A stretch of DNA of 64,000 nucleotides, taken from Candidatus Bathyarchaeota archaeon (GTDB lineage: Archaea; Thermoproteota; Bathyarchaeia; Bathyarchaeales; Bathycorpusculaceae). The first letter of the stretch is position 1. Every line of letters starts with the position of its first letter. Under the pieces are notes generated by a model. That model was not told where the DNA came from, did not search any database, and was given only the letters and a program-made list of their open reading frames with translations. The DNA lies in the NCBI GenBank assembly GCA_963702095.1, contig OY969706.1, positions 736,001 through 800,000 on the forward strand. Direction: 5' to 3'. Below are positions 38,643 to 48,511 of this stretch, piece by piece. The translations under genes and the position numbers were made by a program.

Positions 38643-38876
38643 CTAAGTTAGGGTGCCGACTACTTTCATGCGTTCCATAACTTCTTCGCCGTGAGGCGCA
38701 AGCTCCATCTGGTCGGTTAAGTCTTTACCCGCCAAATGCCCCAAGTGTTCGCCATCGCCCCACTGATAGGACTCGGTTACCTCATAGACTTTGCCTTTGT
38801 AGCCGACGTATGCGGGTTTGCCGTTTTTTCCGTTGAATTCAGAAAGTTCGGCTGCTGTGAAGGTTTTTTCAGTCAT
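38643..38876 (-). CDS. Cytochrome b5-like heme/steroid-binding domain protein
   Basis: FT..EL..FNGKNGKPAYV.YKGKVYEVT...W..G.H..H.AGKDLT...APHG. Confidence 0.9.
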   Translation of the reverse strand: MTEKTFTAAELSEFNGKNGKPAYVGYKGKVYEVTESYQWGDGEHLGHLAGKDLTDQMELAPHGEEVMERMKVVGTLT

Positions 38877-39043
38877 TTACTTTTCACCTGATTCTTTAAG
38901 TTAAGAGTCGTTTTTTAACCTTCTGTTACTGCCCAAAAGCTATCACAAACCAATTTAGAGCTTGCACCATCCAAAAATAGTTGCGAAGTGAAAACTCTTT
39001 TGTAGTTCATTAATGGATTGTTTATTGTGGAAGGTCAGGTTTT

Positions 39044-39745
39044 TTGACGGACAATAACCAAGCGGCATCGATTAGGGTTACCAAAAACGGTCCCTACCTC
39101 GTCATGGGAGGGGTGCCTCTTTTTGAGATGATAATTAAATGCGACGGCAAAGGGAACACGCCCTCAGAATGGTTAGTTGGCAAACGGTTTCCGCTCCTGC
39201 CAAACTATTTGCTCTGCCGATGCGGACACACAAAAAACAAACCATACTGCGACAGTTCGCACCTCGAAATACACTTCGACGGCACAGAAACCTACGGCAA
39301 CCTACTCTTTGAGCAGATGGCAAAAGTAATTGACGGACCACAACTCACCCTAAAAGACGCAGAGATCATCTGTGCTTCCGCCCGGTTCTGTCATCGGGGA
39401 GGCGACATCTGGGATGAAATCCCCAAATCATATAACCCCAAAACCAAACAAAACAGTATCCGAAACACCTGCGACTGCCCCTCAGGCAGACTCGTAGTCA
39501 CCGATAAGGATACGGGCGAAGTGGTTGAGCCATCGCTTGAGAAATCCATCGGTGTAGTGTTGGATCCCGCCATTGGCGTCGATGGTCCGCTTTGGATACG
39601 CGGCGGCGTCCCCGTTTTTTCCGTAGAGGGCAAACCGTATGAAGTGCGCAACCGCATGACGCTGTGCCGATGCGGGAAATCCGTGATTAAGCCTTTTTGT
39701 GATAGTAGTCATTATCCTGAAGAGTATCAAGAGGTGAAACATTGA
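39044..39745 (+). CDS. CDGSH iron-sulfur domain protein (two CDGSH domains)
   Basis: NGPYLV...LCRCGHTKNKPYCDSSH; central C...RFC...CPSGRL; DGPLWIRG...LCRCGKS..KPFCDSSH. Confidence 0.92.
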   Translation: MTDNNQAASIRVTKNGPYLVMGGVPLFEMIIKCDGKGNTPSEWLVGKRFPLLPNYLLCRCGHTKNKPYCDSSHLEIHFDGTETYGNLLFEQMAKVIDGPQLTLKDAEIICASARFCHRGGDIWDEIPKSYNPKTKQNSIRNTCDCPSGRLVVTDKDTGEVVEPSLEKSIGVVLDPAIGVDGPLWIRGGVPVFSVEGKPYEVRNRMTLCRCGKSVIKPFCDSSHYPEEYQEVKH

Positions 39746-40050
39746 AAACAGACCAAGACGTTGAAAGCACCCTACAATCTAAAGAAAAAGCCTACGTGCT
39801 ATTCTACGCTTCATGGTGCCCTTTCTCACAGCGTTTCCTACCAGTCTTTGAGGAATACGCCAAAACCAACCCCGACCAGTGCATGAGTATAATGATTGAT
39901 TTTAAACAGGACTTATGCGACAAATACGAAATCGAATACTATCCAACCGTTTTGTTGTTCAAAAAAGGGAAAGTACAAAAAAGATTAGATGCCGCGCCAG
40001 GGAAGGGATTAACTAAAGAACAGCTGGGCGAACTCACGACAACCCCTTAA
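39742..40050 (+). CDS. Thioredoxin-fold protein with CxxS motif
   Basis: FYASWCPFS, Y.IEYYPTVLLFKKG. Confidence 0.88.
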   Translation: MKTDQDVESTLQSKEKAYVLFYASWCPFSQRFLPVFEEYAKTNPDQCMSIMIDFKQDLCDKYEIEYYPTVLLFKKGKVQKRLDAAPGKGLTKEQLGELTTTP

Positions 40051-40454
40051 GTCTGGATGGTTTCTTGCATCAGTTCCTCTTCCGATGCTCTGGTGTCAGT
40101 TTGATGACTGCTTAAAGCTGTGAGGTTTTTGTTTTCAGGCGTCGGCTCTTTACTGTAGGTGACGTTGCTTATTGCGACCGCTTGCTCTGAGTGCGTATAG
40201 CATGTGCAGGATTCGGGGTTTTCCTGTTCCTTCTTTAGGCGGCAAGCAAGAAGCAAATTAAACGTCATCAGTTTAATGTCGCCGCTTGAACGGAACCAGA
40301 TGGTGTAATGCCCCGATTTCTCTTTCACCACCGCTACTATGTCGGACTCGAAATTGCCAGTTTGATGCATATACTCCTTAATGGTGCGGTTATGGGGAAC
40401 CAAGACTTTGATTTTTAGGATGTTGTTCTTGCATTCCAAACATGAATTCAGCAT
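40047..40454 (-). CDS. Hypothetical protein
   Basis: 135-aa ORF with AGGA upstream; no recognised domain. Confidence 0.5.
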   Translation of the reverse strand: MLNSCLECKNNILKIKVLVPHNRTIKEYMHQTGNFESDIVAVVKEKSGHYTIWFRSSGDIKLMTFNLLLACRLKKEQENPESCTCYTHSEQAVAISNVTYSKEPTPENKNLTALSSHQTDTRASEEELMQETIQT

Positions 40455-40612
40455 TGTGTTCCTAACCCTCTGGCAACCGATTAAGAGTCAGGTTAAAATA
40501 ACGTTTTTTGAGAATACAGGTTAACCGTTCTTGTCAAAATGCCTAAGCAAACGGCGCTGACTTGTCAAGTTTGCTTCGCAAAAACCCGTGCCTAACTTGA
40601 CAAACCACCCGA

Positions 40613-43600
40613 TCACTGTTTAGGCAAAAGTTCCTGGTACTCCGGGTTGACTGACTCATGTTTGCTTAGCAGTATATTGTTGATTTTCTTCCATTCATCG
40701 CTAACCGACGACCAGTTGGGGCCTCCAACAATGCTTTTCTCAACGTACTCGTGGAGAGCTACTTCTCGCTTTATGGTTCTTCGTCTCCAATCTACTGAGA
40801 TTAAGTTGGAGCGGCGTAGGTATTGGAGGTTGCGTGCCATCTGGTTGGAGTTTATGGGGTAGGATAAGGCGCTGTTTAAGTCGGCGGTTAAGGATTCTAT
40901 TGGGAATTCGTCTTCGAAGCGCAGGCAAATACCTGCTATCATATCCTGCATGAGCTTGGCTGTGCGTGTTACGTAGAATGTGCGTTTGGGCACAAGTACC
41001 TGTTCGATGCGGTAGGCGTTGCGTTTGTAGAACCAAACTTTTACCAACTCAGCCATCAACAGGTATGAAGTCAGCAGTATGGCTAAGGCGACAAAGAATA
41101 GTGGCGGAGGCGGAACAAAGAGGAACAACTCTCCAAGCGGTGTAAAGGGTACTATCAAAGCGAAGGCTATGATGGCTATGCTGCTAATGACAAGGTATTT
41201 GCTTGGTTTGCTCTTCCAGAAAGGTGTGCGTCTGGTTCTAATCACAAACACTACGAGTATCTGGGAGCAGAGGGATTCTATGAACCAAGCCGTCTGGAAT
41301 AGATGCTGCTGGGCAGGCGATATCAAAGCCAAAGGCACAATCGGGATGAACACAAACAGCATCATAAAGAACGTCAAGAAGTCAAACAGTGAACTAACTG
41401 GCCCCAAAGAAACCATGAATCGCCGAATAAAAGCGATATCCCACCGCTTCGGTCTCTCAACGTATTCATCATCCACTCTATCAGTAGTTATGGTTGACTG
41501 GGAGACGTCATAGAGCAGGTTGTTGAGTAAGATTTGGACGGGTAACATAGGCAAGAAACCTGGAGGCAGAAACACTGAGGCTCCGGCGACGCTGAACATG
41601 TTGCCGAAGTTTGAGCTAACGCCAAGCATAATGTACTTCATGGTGTTGCCAAATGTTTTGCGTCCCTCCAAGATACCTTCCGCGAGCACGGTGAGGTCGT
41701 TTCTGAGGAGGATAATGTCGGCGGATTCTTTGGCGACATCCACGGCGTTGTCAACTGAGACTCCAACATCGCTGGTTTTAAGTGAGGGTGCATCGTTGAT
41801 GCCGTCGCCCATGTAGCCGACTACGTGGCCGTTGCGTTTGAGCAGGGCGATTATGCGGTCTTTCTGCACGGGGTTAACGCGGCAGAAAATGTTGGCTTCT
41901 TCAACTATTGCGGTGAGGGCTTCATCGGACATGTTAGCTATGTCGCTGCCAAGCGCTATGCCCTTGATTTCGAAGCCGAGGGTTTCGCAGACTTTGCGGG
42001 TGACGAGTTCGTTGTCGCCTGTGAGGATTTTAAGTTCGATTCCGGCTTTGGTTAGCAGTTGCAGGGATTGCTTTGCAGTTTCTTTCGGCGGGTCAAGAAA
42101 AGCAACAAAGCCCAAGAAAACCATGTCGTTTTCGTCGTTAATCGAGTAGACGGCTTTCTGTTCTTTGAGCCGTTTGTAAGCGATACCTAAAACGCGCAGA
42201 CCCTCAGCACTGTAATCCTGGTATTTCTGCTCGATTTTCTTGCGCGCCTCCTCGGTTAAGTCAGCTACGGTTCGGCGGAGTTCATAGTAAGAACAGGCTT
42301 TGAGGATTTCTTCAGGTGCCCCTTTAGCTATGAAAAATCTTTGGTGCCCCCTCTCCACCACCACGGAGACCCGTCGGCGAATAAAGTCGAAGGGCACCTC
42401 GTCGATTTTGAGCCATTTGGAGGTATCGACGTCTTTGTGTTTGAGTATGGCTTCGTCAAGTGGGCTTTTGAGTCCAGTTTGGAAGTTGCTGTTTAGGAAA
42501 GAGTACATGAAGACTTTCTCGTCTTCTTCGCCCTCCAAATCGACGTTAAGGATAAGTTTGATCTTGTTCTCAGTTAAAGTACCAGTTTTATCGGTGCATA
42601 ACACGTTCATGCTGCCGAAATTTTCTATGGCGGAGAGCCGCTTGACTATAACACCTTTCTTAGACATCGCCATGGCTCCACGGGAAAGGTTGATGGTTAT
42701 AATCATGGGCAACAGTTCAGGCGTCAACCCCACCGCCAAAGCCACCGCAAAAAGCAGCGCCGTCACTACGCCGTCAGTTGTGGGGTTACGAAGAGAAATG
42801 ATGAGGAAAACAAACATGACCAACAGGAAAGTCACTTGCATTATGAGAAAACCGAAGTTGCGAATACCCCGTTCGAACTCGGTTTCAGGAGCTTTTTCTA
42901 TGAGTTTCTTGGCGATTTTGCCGTACTCAGTGGCGCCGCCCGTCTTCACTACCACAGCAGTCGCGGAGCCGCTGACAACAGAGGTGCCCATGAAGCAGAA
43001 GTTGGTCCAGTCAACGATGCTGCTGACTTTTCCTTTAAGAGGTGCAATGGTTTTTTCAACTGGAAAAGACTCGCCGGTCAACGCCGACTGGTTGACGAAG
43101 AGGTCTTTGGCGTTGATTACCCGTGCATCAGCGGGAGTAATGTCTCCAGCAGAAAGAAAAACAATGTCACCGGGGACGATTTGTGATAACTTGATTTCTT
43201 GTTTAACATTATCCCGGATAACGGTCGCTGTGGTGGTGACTGCTTGTTTGAGCAGTTGAGCGGATTTCTCTGCTTTGTTTTCTTGGTAATAGTCCAAGAT
43301 GACGCTGACAAAAATGATCGTTAAGATTATGCCTGTGTTGGCGACTTCACCGAAGATGCCGGAAATTATGCCGGCAATTAGAAGTATGATGACAAGGGGG
43401 CTTTTGAAGTGTGCCAGAAACTCTTTAATTGCGGAGTGCTTGTGTTCTTTGGCTAATTCGTTTGTGCCATAAATTTCTATGCGTTCCGTTGCTTGGTCAG
43501 AGCTGAGTCCCTGAGGGGTAGAATTGAAGCGATTTATTACTTCTTCAACAGGCAGGGTTGCGAGTTCTTCATTTGTTAAAAGGGGCTTCATGTTGGCAAC

Positions 43601-43648
43601 TGGGGAAGCGTTTGAATAGGTGTTGCCGTTCTGAACTGTGTTGGCCAT
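40613..43648 (-). CDS. mgtA: Mg2+-translocating P-type ATPase (P3B) with C-terminal extension
   Basis: LTGES, AVGLTPELLP, CTDKTGTLT, DEVPFDFIRRR, GDGINDA, SSNFGNMFS, QILLNNLLYD, FQTAWFIES; start MANTVQ at 43648. Confidence 0.93.
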   Translation of the reverse strand: MANTVQNGNTYSNASPVANMKPLLTNEELATLPVEEVINRFNSTPQGLSSDQATERIEIYGTNELAKEHKHSAIKEFLAHFKSPLVIILLIAGIISGIFGEVANTGIILTIIFVSVILDYYQENKAEKSAQLLKQAVTTTATVIRDNVKQEIKLSQIVPGDIVFLSAGDITPADARVINAKDLFVNQSALTGESFPVEKTIAPLKGKVSSIVDWTNFCFMGTSVVSGSATAVVVKTGGATEYGKIAKKLIEKAPETEFERGIRNFGFLIMQVTFLLVMFVFLIISLRNPTTDGVVTALLFAVALAVGLTPELLPMIITINLSRGAMAMSKKGVIVKRLSAIENFGSMNVLCTDKTGTLTENKIKLILNVDLEGEEDEKVFMYSFLNSNFQTGLKSPLDEAILKHKDVDTSKWLKIDEVPFDFIRRRVSVVVERGHQRFFIAKGAPEEILKACSYYELRRTVADLTEEARKKIEQKYQDYSAEGLRVLGIAYKRLKEQKAVYSINDENDMVFLGFVAFLDPPKETAKQSLQLLTKAGIELKILTGDNELVTRKVCETLGFEIKGIALGSDIANMSDEALTAIVEEANIFCRVNPVQKDRIIALLKRNGHVVGYMGDGINDAPSLKTSDVGVSVDNAVDVAKESADIILLRNDLTVLAEGILEGRKTFGNTMKYIMLGVSSNFGNMFSVAGASVFLPPGFLPMLPVQILLNNLLYDVSQSTITTDRVDDEYVERPKRWDIAFIRRFMVSLGPVSSLFDFLTFFMMLFVFIPIVPLALISPAQQHLFQTAWFIESLCSQILVVFVIRTRRTPFWKSKPSKYLVISSIAIIAFALIVPFTPLGELFLFVPPPPLFFVALAILLTSYLLMAELVKVWFYKRNAYRIEQVLVPKRTFYVTRTAKLMQDMIAGICLRFEDEFPIESLTADLNSALSYPINSNQMARNLQYLRRSNLISVDWRRRTIKREVALHEYVEKSIVGGPNWSSVSDEWKKINNILLSKHESVNPEYQELLPKQ

Positions 43649-43968
43649 AAAGCCCACATCCTTGCGTACTGTTGTACGCGTTGTTTTTAGAGGGTTTTCC
43701 AAACATTGAGGCTCAGTAGTCCCTGAAACAAAAAAAGAAGCCGACACTGTGCGGTTTATTTGTTTCGGTAACAATCCATGCAGATAGCCACGACCTTGAC
43801 TTTTTTAAGTTGCTTGCATATTCGTTAAGCCATCCCTAAGAACGATTATGTAGCCGGCGGGTTTTCCCCGCTCATAGCATGAAACTCATTGCAAACCTGT
43901 TGAGGATAGGTAAGCGTTGGCGGAAGTCACTATAGACTGCTATTCAAGGGCTAAAAAAACAGTCGATA

Positions 43969-44140
43969 CATGCGTTCACACACACATCCCGACCGCCCCT
44001 GCATAGAGCCATGTTGGGCGTGTGGAGAAAAAAGCCTCTGCCACACCGAAACAAGCGCCAAAAAACGTTTCAACCCCAAAAAGCAATTGCCATCCTTTGC
44101 AGTCTTGTGGCACCCCGCAAACCGCCACACCCACATAAAG
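43969..44140 (+). repeat. Dispersed ~172-bp intergenic element, copy 3
   Basis: CATGCGTTCACACACACATCCCGAC...GTGTGGAGA..CCACACCGAAACA...TTGTGGCACCCCGCAAACCGCCACACCCACATAAAG. Confidence 0.88.
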
Positions 44141-44182
44141 ACAAAAAAATATTTTACCCTAAAAAAGGTGGTATATTTGAAG

Positions 44183-44932
44183 CTATTTCCATTTTGTGAG
44201 GATTTCTTCGCGTTGAAAGACAGCTTTGCTCAAATAGAACAAACCTATGTCTGCTACTGCTAAGGCACCTGTCATAGCCAATGCTATCCAAAGCGACACC
44301 GCCGAGAACGTGGACCCAAGAATCACCACAAAAATCAGCGGCAACACCACTATTCCACCGAGTTGCTGAGCCGCCCGTATGTCGGTGACCTTGGAAGAGA
44401 CAATTACATTGGCTAATACGCTCATAATACAGCCTAACGGAGTTATGGCGAAAGTCAACAATGCCCAATACGGGTTGGGAATCAATGCGACGCCGATGAG
44501 GCTGGTGGACCAGATGTCGATTATGGGTACGTAGATAGCGGCGGCTATGTAGGTGACGACCATGCAGGGCAGAAATGAAGCTAGGCTTTTTCCTAGCAGT
44601 AATTCGCCGTCGGTGGTGGGAGTTGCGAGGAGTGGTTCGAGGCTTTTTTCGATTTTTTCGCCAACTATGCTATACGATGCGATTATGGAGGGCAGGACAG
44701 CGGGTATCAGCACAAAGTACATGGCGCCCAAGTTTGCAATTTGCACAACGATTTGATATAGTTCTTCTTGTGTCATTTGGTTGGCGCCTGCTGAGATGCC
44801 GAAAGTTAAGCCTAACGGAATAACTACGCCCAGTAAAACGGGCATGGCAATCAGCGAGTAGAACACATATTTGTTGCGTCTGATGATGCTTAGGTCTTTT
44901 TTAGTTACTATCCAAGCCTTTGAAAATCTCAT
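44183..44932 (-). CDS. ABC-2 type exporter permease
   Basis: SIVGEKIEKSLEPLLATP...ELLLGK; six TMs. Confidence 0.92.
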   Translation of the reverse strand: MRFSKAWIVTKKDLSIIRRNKYVFYSLIAMPVLLGVVIPLGLTFGISAGANQMTQEELYQIVVQIANLGAMYFVLIPAVLPSIIASYSIVGEKIEKSLEPLLATPTTDGELLLGKSLASFLPCMVVTYIAAAIYVPIIDIWSTSLIGVALIPNPYWALLTFAITPLGCIMSVLANVIVSSKVTDIRAAQQLGGIVVLPLIFVVILGSTFSAVSLWIALAMTGALAVADIGLFYLSKAVFQREEILTKWK

Positions 44933-45858
44933 TGTGTTGGAACCTCCCGAATCAGTTTTAAGTAGACATCTTCAAGCGTTGACCGCAACTCCGTCACGTA
45001 CTGCACGTTGCCGCCTGCCAAAACAATCGCCCGAACCACCACAGGGTTATCAACCTCAGGATCATCCATGTCCAAAATCAACTTGTTGTCTTGGGTGCGG
45101 ACAGCTTTAACAGAGCCAATATTTTTCACGGCCTCCAAAACCGGGTCTGAAACCTCCTTTAGATGCACGATGGTTTTGCGGCTGTAGAGGCTGCGTTCCA
45201 GATTCTTAGGTGAATCAACCGCGATGAGTTTGCCTTTGAGGATGGCGATGCGGTCGCAGAGCCGTTCAGCCTCGTTTAAGTTGTGGGTGTTTAGGAATAT
45301 GGTGCGTTTCTCTTTTTTGAGCTGTATAATGAAGTCTCGAACGGTTTTAGAGGCTTCAGGATCAAGGTTCGCCGTGGGTTCGTCGAGGAATACCACTTGG
45401 GGGTCATGGATGAGTGCGCGTGCTATGGCGATTTTCTGTTTCATGCCTTTGCTGAACCCTGCGACTGCATCTTCTCGGCGATCCCAAATCCCCAGAGCCT
45501 TAAGCAGACGCTCGATGTTCTCCCTGCGGGTGGCTTCTGGGACGTCATAGAGTTGACCATAGAAATCGAGGTTGCGATATGCACTTAAGCTTTCGTATAA
45601 GCCTACGTTTTCTGGGAGGAAACCAATGATTTTTCTGATTTTGAGGCAGTCGTCGGGGTTGCTTATGCTGTAGCCGCCAATGGATGCGTCTCCGCTGGTT
45701 TTGCCTATGAGGCAGCAGAGCATGCGTATGGTTGTGGTTTTGCCTGCGCCGTTTGGACCCAGGAAACCGAAGACTTCTCCTTTTTCAACGTGGAAGGATA
45801 CGTTGTCTACGGCTGTTAGGTTGCCGAAGGTTCTGGTGAGGTTGTTTGTGTCTATCAT
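44929..45858 (-). CDS. ABC-2 type exporter ATP-binding protein
   Basis: GPNGAGKTT, FSKGMKQKIAIARAL, FLDEPT, STLEDVYL. Confidence 0.95.
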   Translation of the reverse strand: MIDTNNLTRTFGNLTAVDNVSFHVEKGEVFGFLGPNGAGKTTTIRMLCCLIGKTSGDASIGGYSISNPDDCLKIRKIIGFLPENVGLYESLSAYRNLDFYGQLYDVPEATRRENIERLLKALGIWDRREDAVAGFSKGMKQKIAIARALIHDPQVVFLDEPTANLDPEASKTVRDFIIQLKKEKRTIFLNTHNLNEAERLCDRIAILKGKLIAVDSPKNLERSLYSRKTIVHLKEVSDPVLEAVKNIGSVKAVRTQDNKLILDMDDPEVDNPVVVRAIVLAGGNVQYVTELRSTLEDVYLKLIREVPTQ

Positions 45859-45937
45859 GGTTTAGCCTCCTGTGTGAGTGATGGATTATTGGAATCTGCA
45901 AATAACTATTTAAGCTAGGCGAAACCGTTTTCAATTT

Positions 45938-46459
45938 ATGAAATTGGTAAAATTGTTAGATAAAGAAAGCGAAAAACTCGTCGCCGACCCCACCAACCAA
46001 ATCATCCTAAAAGAACTCGTAACCGCCCAACACTCCATCTCCGAACTCTCAGCCCAAATAAACATCCCCACCCTCAAACTCTGGCGCAGAATACAAAAGC
46101 TCCAAAAAGCCAACCTCGTCGAAGTCACCTCAACCCAAAAAGTCGGCAACCTCGAGAAAAAATTCTACCGCTCAACCGCCACATGGTATGCACCCCAACA
46201 ATACTTCAACTTCAAACCCAAAAACCCCAACCTAAAAGAAGCCTACGAAATCTACACAAACATACAAAACAACATGATGGCACGGCTATCCACCTTCAAC
46301 GATGTACCCAAAGACGCTGACCCAGTCGATTTTTCACTGTTCGCCAACATGCTTGTATTCGCCGAAGTCTGCAGTAAACCTGAAGTGCAAGAAAAAATCG
46401 TTAACCTAAAAGAAATACTGGCAAAATTCAATCTGGAACGGGCTAAGCAAGTTTTTTAG
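45938..46459 (+). CDS. ArsR-like wHTH transcriptional regulator
   Basis: DP....IL.EL...SISELS...I....L.R.IQKL.KANLVEV...GNLEKKFYR; divergent from the ABC operon. Confidence 0.85.
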   Translation: MKLVKLLDKESEKLVADPTNQIILKELVTAQHSISELSAQINIPTLKLWRRIQKLQKANLVEVTSTQKVGNLEKKFYRSTATWYAPQQYFNFKPKNPNLKEAYEIYTNIQNNMMARLSTFNDVPKDADPVDFSLFANMLVFAEVCSKPEVQEKIVNLKEILAKFNLERAKQVF

Positions 46460-46824
46460 GTTTTCTCGTACTTTGAGTCTTCAATCCGCTTCTGCTCCAG
46501 CTCTGCCTCCGCCATTTGGGGCTCGGGCGGTTTCTGCGGTTGTTCTTGGAGCGGCGAGTTGAGGGGCGCTTTTGAGTAGGCGTTCATGAAGCTTGTTTTA
46601 CCACATGCGGGGCACGTTAGTTGCTTGTAGGGGCCGATGTGGATGCCGCTGAACATGCGGGAGGCGTCAAAGACTGCGCTGCATTTTGGGCATTTGGCAC
46701 GCATAAACCCGGGGTTTCGTATTGTGTAAATGCGGAAAATAACTACGATAACAACTACTATAGCGACTATGACTAACCCAACATAGGGGTTGTTGAGTGC
46801 ATCACTGAGGGGGTGAGCAGCCAT
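46456..46824 (-). CDS. TM-anchored zinc-ribbon protein
   Basis: N-terminal TM, CPKC...HIGPYK.L.CPACGK, tail ELEQKRIEDSKYEK. Confidence 0.8.
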   Translation of the reverse strand: MAAHPLSDALNNPYVGLVIVAIVVVIVVIFRIYTIRNPGFMRAKCPKCSAVFDASRMFSGIHIGPYKQLTCPACGKTSFMNAYSKAPLNSPLQEQPQKPPEPQMAEAELEQKRIEDSKYEKT

Positions 46825-46831
46825 CTTGATC

Positions 46832-47095
46832 TCAGGGCTTCTCGTACTTTGATTCTTCGATGCGTTTGGCTTCGAGTTCTTCCTCAGTTAACTGCGTCGG
46901 CTCAGCCTGCTGCTTTGCTTCTTCGGGAGGCCACGTGATGGGGTCTTTGACTGAACTGTAAATGTTTAGCCAGCTTCTTTTTCCGCAGGCGGGGCATTTA
47001 ACGTAATGTAGCGGTCCCACATGGGGCGCTATTGCTGCCGAGCCCAGTCCCTGTTCGAAGACGGCTCCGCATTTTTTGCATTTTACCCTTGTCAT
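46832..47095 (-). CDS. Soluble zinc-ribbon protein, paralog of 46456-46824
   Basis: CKKC...HVGPLH.V.CPACGK, tail ELEAKRIEESKYEK. Confidence 0.8.
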   Translation of the reverse strand: MTRVKCKKCGAVFEQGLGSAAIAPHVGPLHYVKCPACGKRSWLNIYSSVKDPITWPPEEAKQQAEPTQLTEEELEAKRIEESKYEKP

Positions 47096-47203
47096 TTTGA
47101 ATCGCTATGTACCTTCAATCCTTAACTTTTAAACTCTTCCAAAACAAAACTGAAAAACAGAGGCGGCGTTGCAGTACAGTTTTTTTAGCTGCACACACAT
47201 TGG

Positions 47204-48460
47204 TTGGTTATGTCGCCCAATCTAGTTTGGCAACGCCAACTACTCCCAAACGGCTTAACAGTAATAGTTTACCCACGTCCATCAGCGAACACCACTCAGA
47301 TGTCTCTTAGCGTCCGGTATGGGTCGAATCAGGAGCCCAAAGAAGCCGCTGGAACCGCACATTTCCTTGAACACATGCTTGCAGGCGGCTCAACACATCG
47401 AATATACCTGTCAAGAGGCATAGAAGATTGGGGCGGCATACTGGACTTCTACACTGACCGCGAACAAGTAACTGCTTCACTCGATGTGTTGCCAGACAAA
47501 GCAGCCGACGCAGCAGAGGTAATTGCAGAGTTGTTCTTCGGCGAAAGCTTTGAAGAGGACAAATTTGAGTTGGAACGCAAAATCATCCAAAACGAGCTGG
47601 CAGAAGTAGCTGATGACCCAGCGGTTAAAGTTGAAGAGTTGCTGCTTGAGAACCTCTTTAGGCATCACCCGATTCGGCGTCCAGTCGGCGGCTACAGCAG
47701 AACCGTTAAAAAACTATCCCTAACCCAGTTGACAGCCGAGTACAAGGGCAATTATGTCCCAGAAAACATGGCGCTGGTACTGTCAGGCAACATAAGCCAA
47801 GAGAACCAAAAAAAGGTTTTAGCCCACTTCGAAAAAGTAGCGGATACAGATTTTGCACCTAAAAAACTGATGTCGATTGAAGGGGGCAAGCCCAAATCAG
47901 TTGCGGTGGAAGAAAAATCAGGCATAACCCAAACCTACCTGAGCATCGGCGCAAAAACCGTGCCCTCAACGCATAAAGATGCTCCAGCATTGGATTTGAT
48001 CAGTAACTTGCTAGGCGGAGGCACCAGTTCCAGACTCTTCATTGAGTTGCGGGAGAAAAACGCGGTTACATACGATGTTTCAGCTGCGCATTGCAAGGGT
48101 TCCGACTTCGGCTATTTGAGTGTGAGTTGTGCGGTTGGCAGGGGTAAAGCTGAGAAGGCGAGGGCGCTCATACACAAAGAATTCGTCGGTTTGGGGGCGA
48201 TTTTGGTTTCTGCGGTGGAGTTGGAGAAGGCTAAGCAGATTATGTTGGGCGGCGTACTCAGGGGTATGGATAACCCGCATGACGCCACAGAAATCATCGA
48301 GTACATGGAGATGCAGTTCCAAAATGAGCATGCCCTCAAAAGCTACCTCGAAAAGGTCAGAGCGGTCACCGCTTCGGACATAAAAAACGCTGCAAACCAA
48401 TACTTGAGCCAAGAATGCCTCTGTACAGCCATATTAAACCCCATAAAGCAGACAGGCTAA
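47204..48460 (+). CDS. M16 family zinc metallopeptidase
   Basis: LPNGL, GTAHFLEHM inverted zinc motif, SSRLF.ELREK. Confidence 0.93.
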   Translation: MVMSPNLVWQRQLLPNGLTVIVYPRPSANTTQMSLSVRYGSNQEPKEAAGTAHFLEHMLAGGSTHRIYLSRGIEDWGGILDFYTDREQVTASLDVLPDKAADAAEVIAELFFGESFEEDKFELERKIIQNELAEVADDPAVKVEELLLENLFRHHPIRRPVGGYSRTVKKLSLTQLTAEYKGNYVPENMALVLSGNISQENQKKVLAHFEKVADTDFAPKKLMSIEGGKPKSVAVEEKSGITQTYLSIGAKTVPSTHKDAPALDLISNLLGGGTSSRLFIELREKNAVTYDVSAAHCKGSDFGYLSVSCAVGRGKAEKARALIHKEFVGLGAILVSAVELEKAKQIMLGGVLRGMDNPHDATEIIEYMEMQFQNEHALKSYLEKVRAVTASDIKNAANQYLSQECLCTAILNPIKQTG

Positions 48461-48511
48461 AGTCGCCATAAAAAAGGGGAGAGACGCCAAGCCGTTTTTT
48501 TATATGCAAAA

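Noticed and set aside
42300-43259. 319-aa plus-strand ORF and many similar antisense ORFs over katG, ABC, pilin and ribosomal genes
   Set aside because: Shadow frames opposite well-supported genes, with no recognisable motifs
43649-43900. M-box (ykoK) riboswitch in the mgtA leader
   Set aside because: A T-tract and weak hairpin are present, but the M-box consensus (e.g. UAGGUGAGGCU) was not found by eye; needs an Rfam scan
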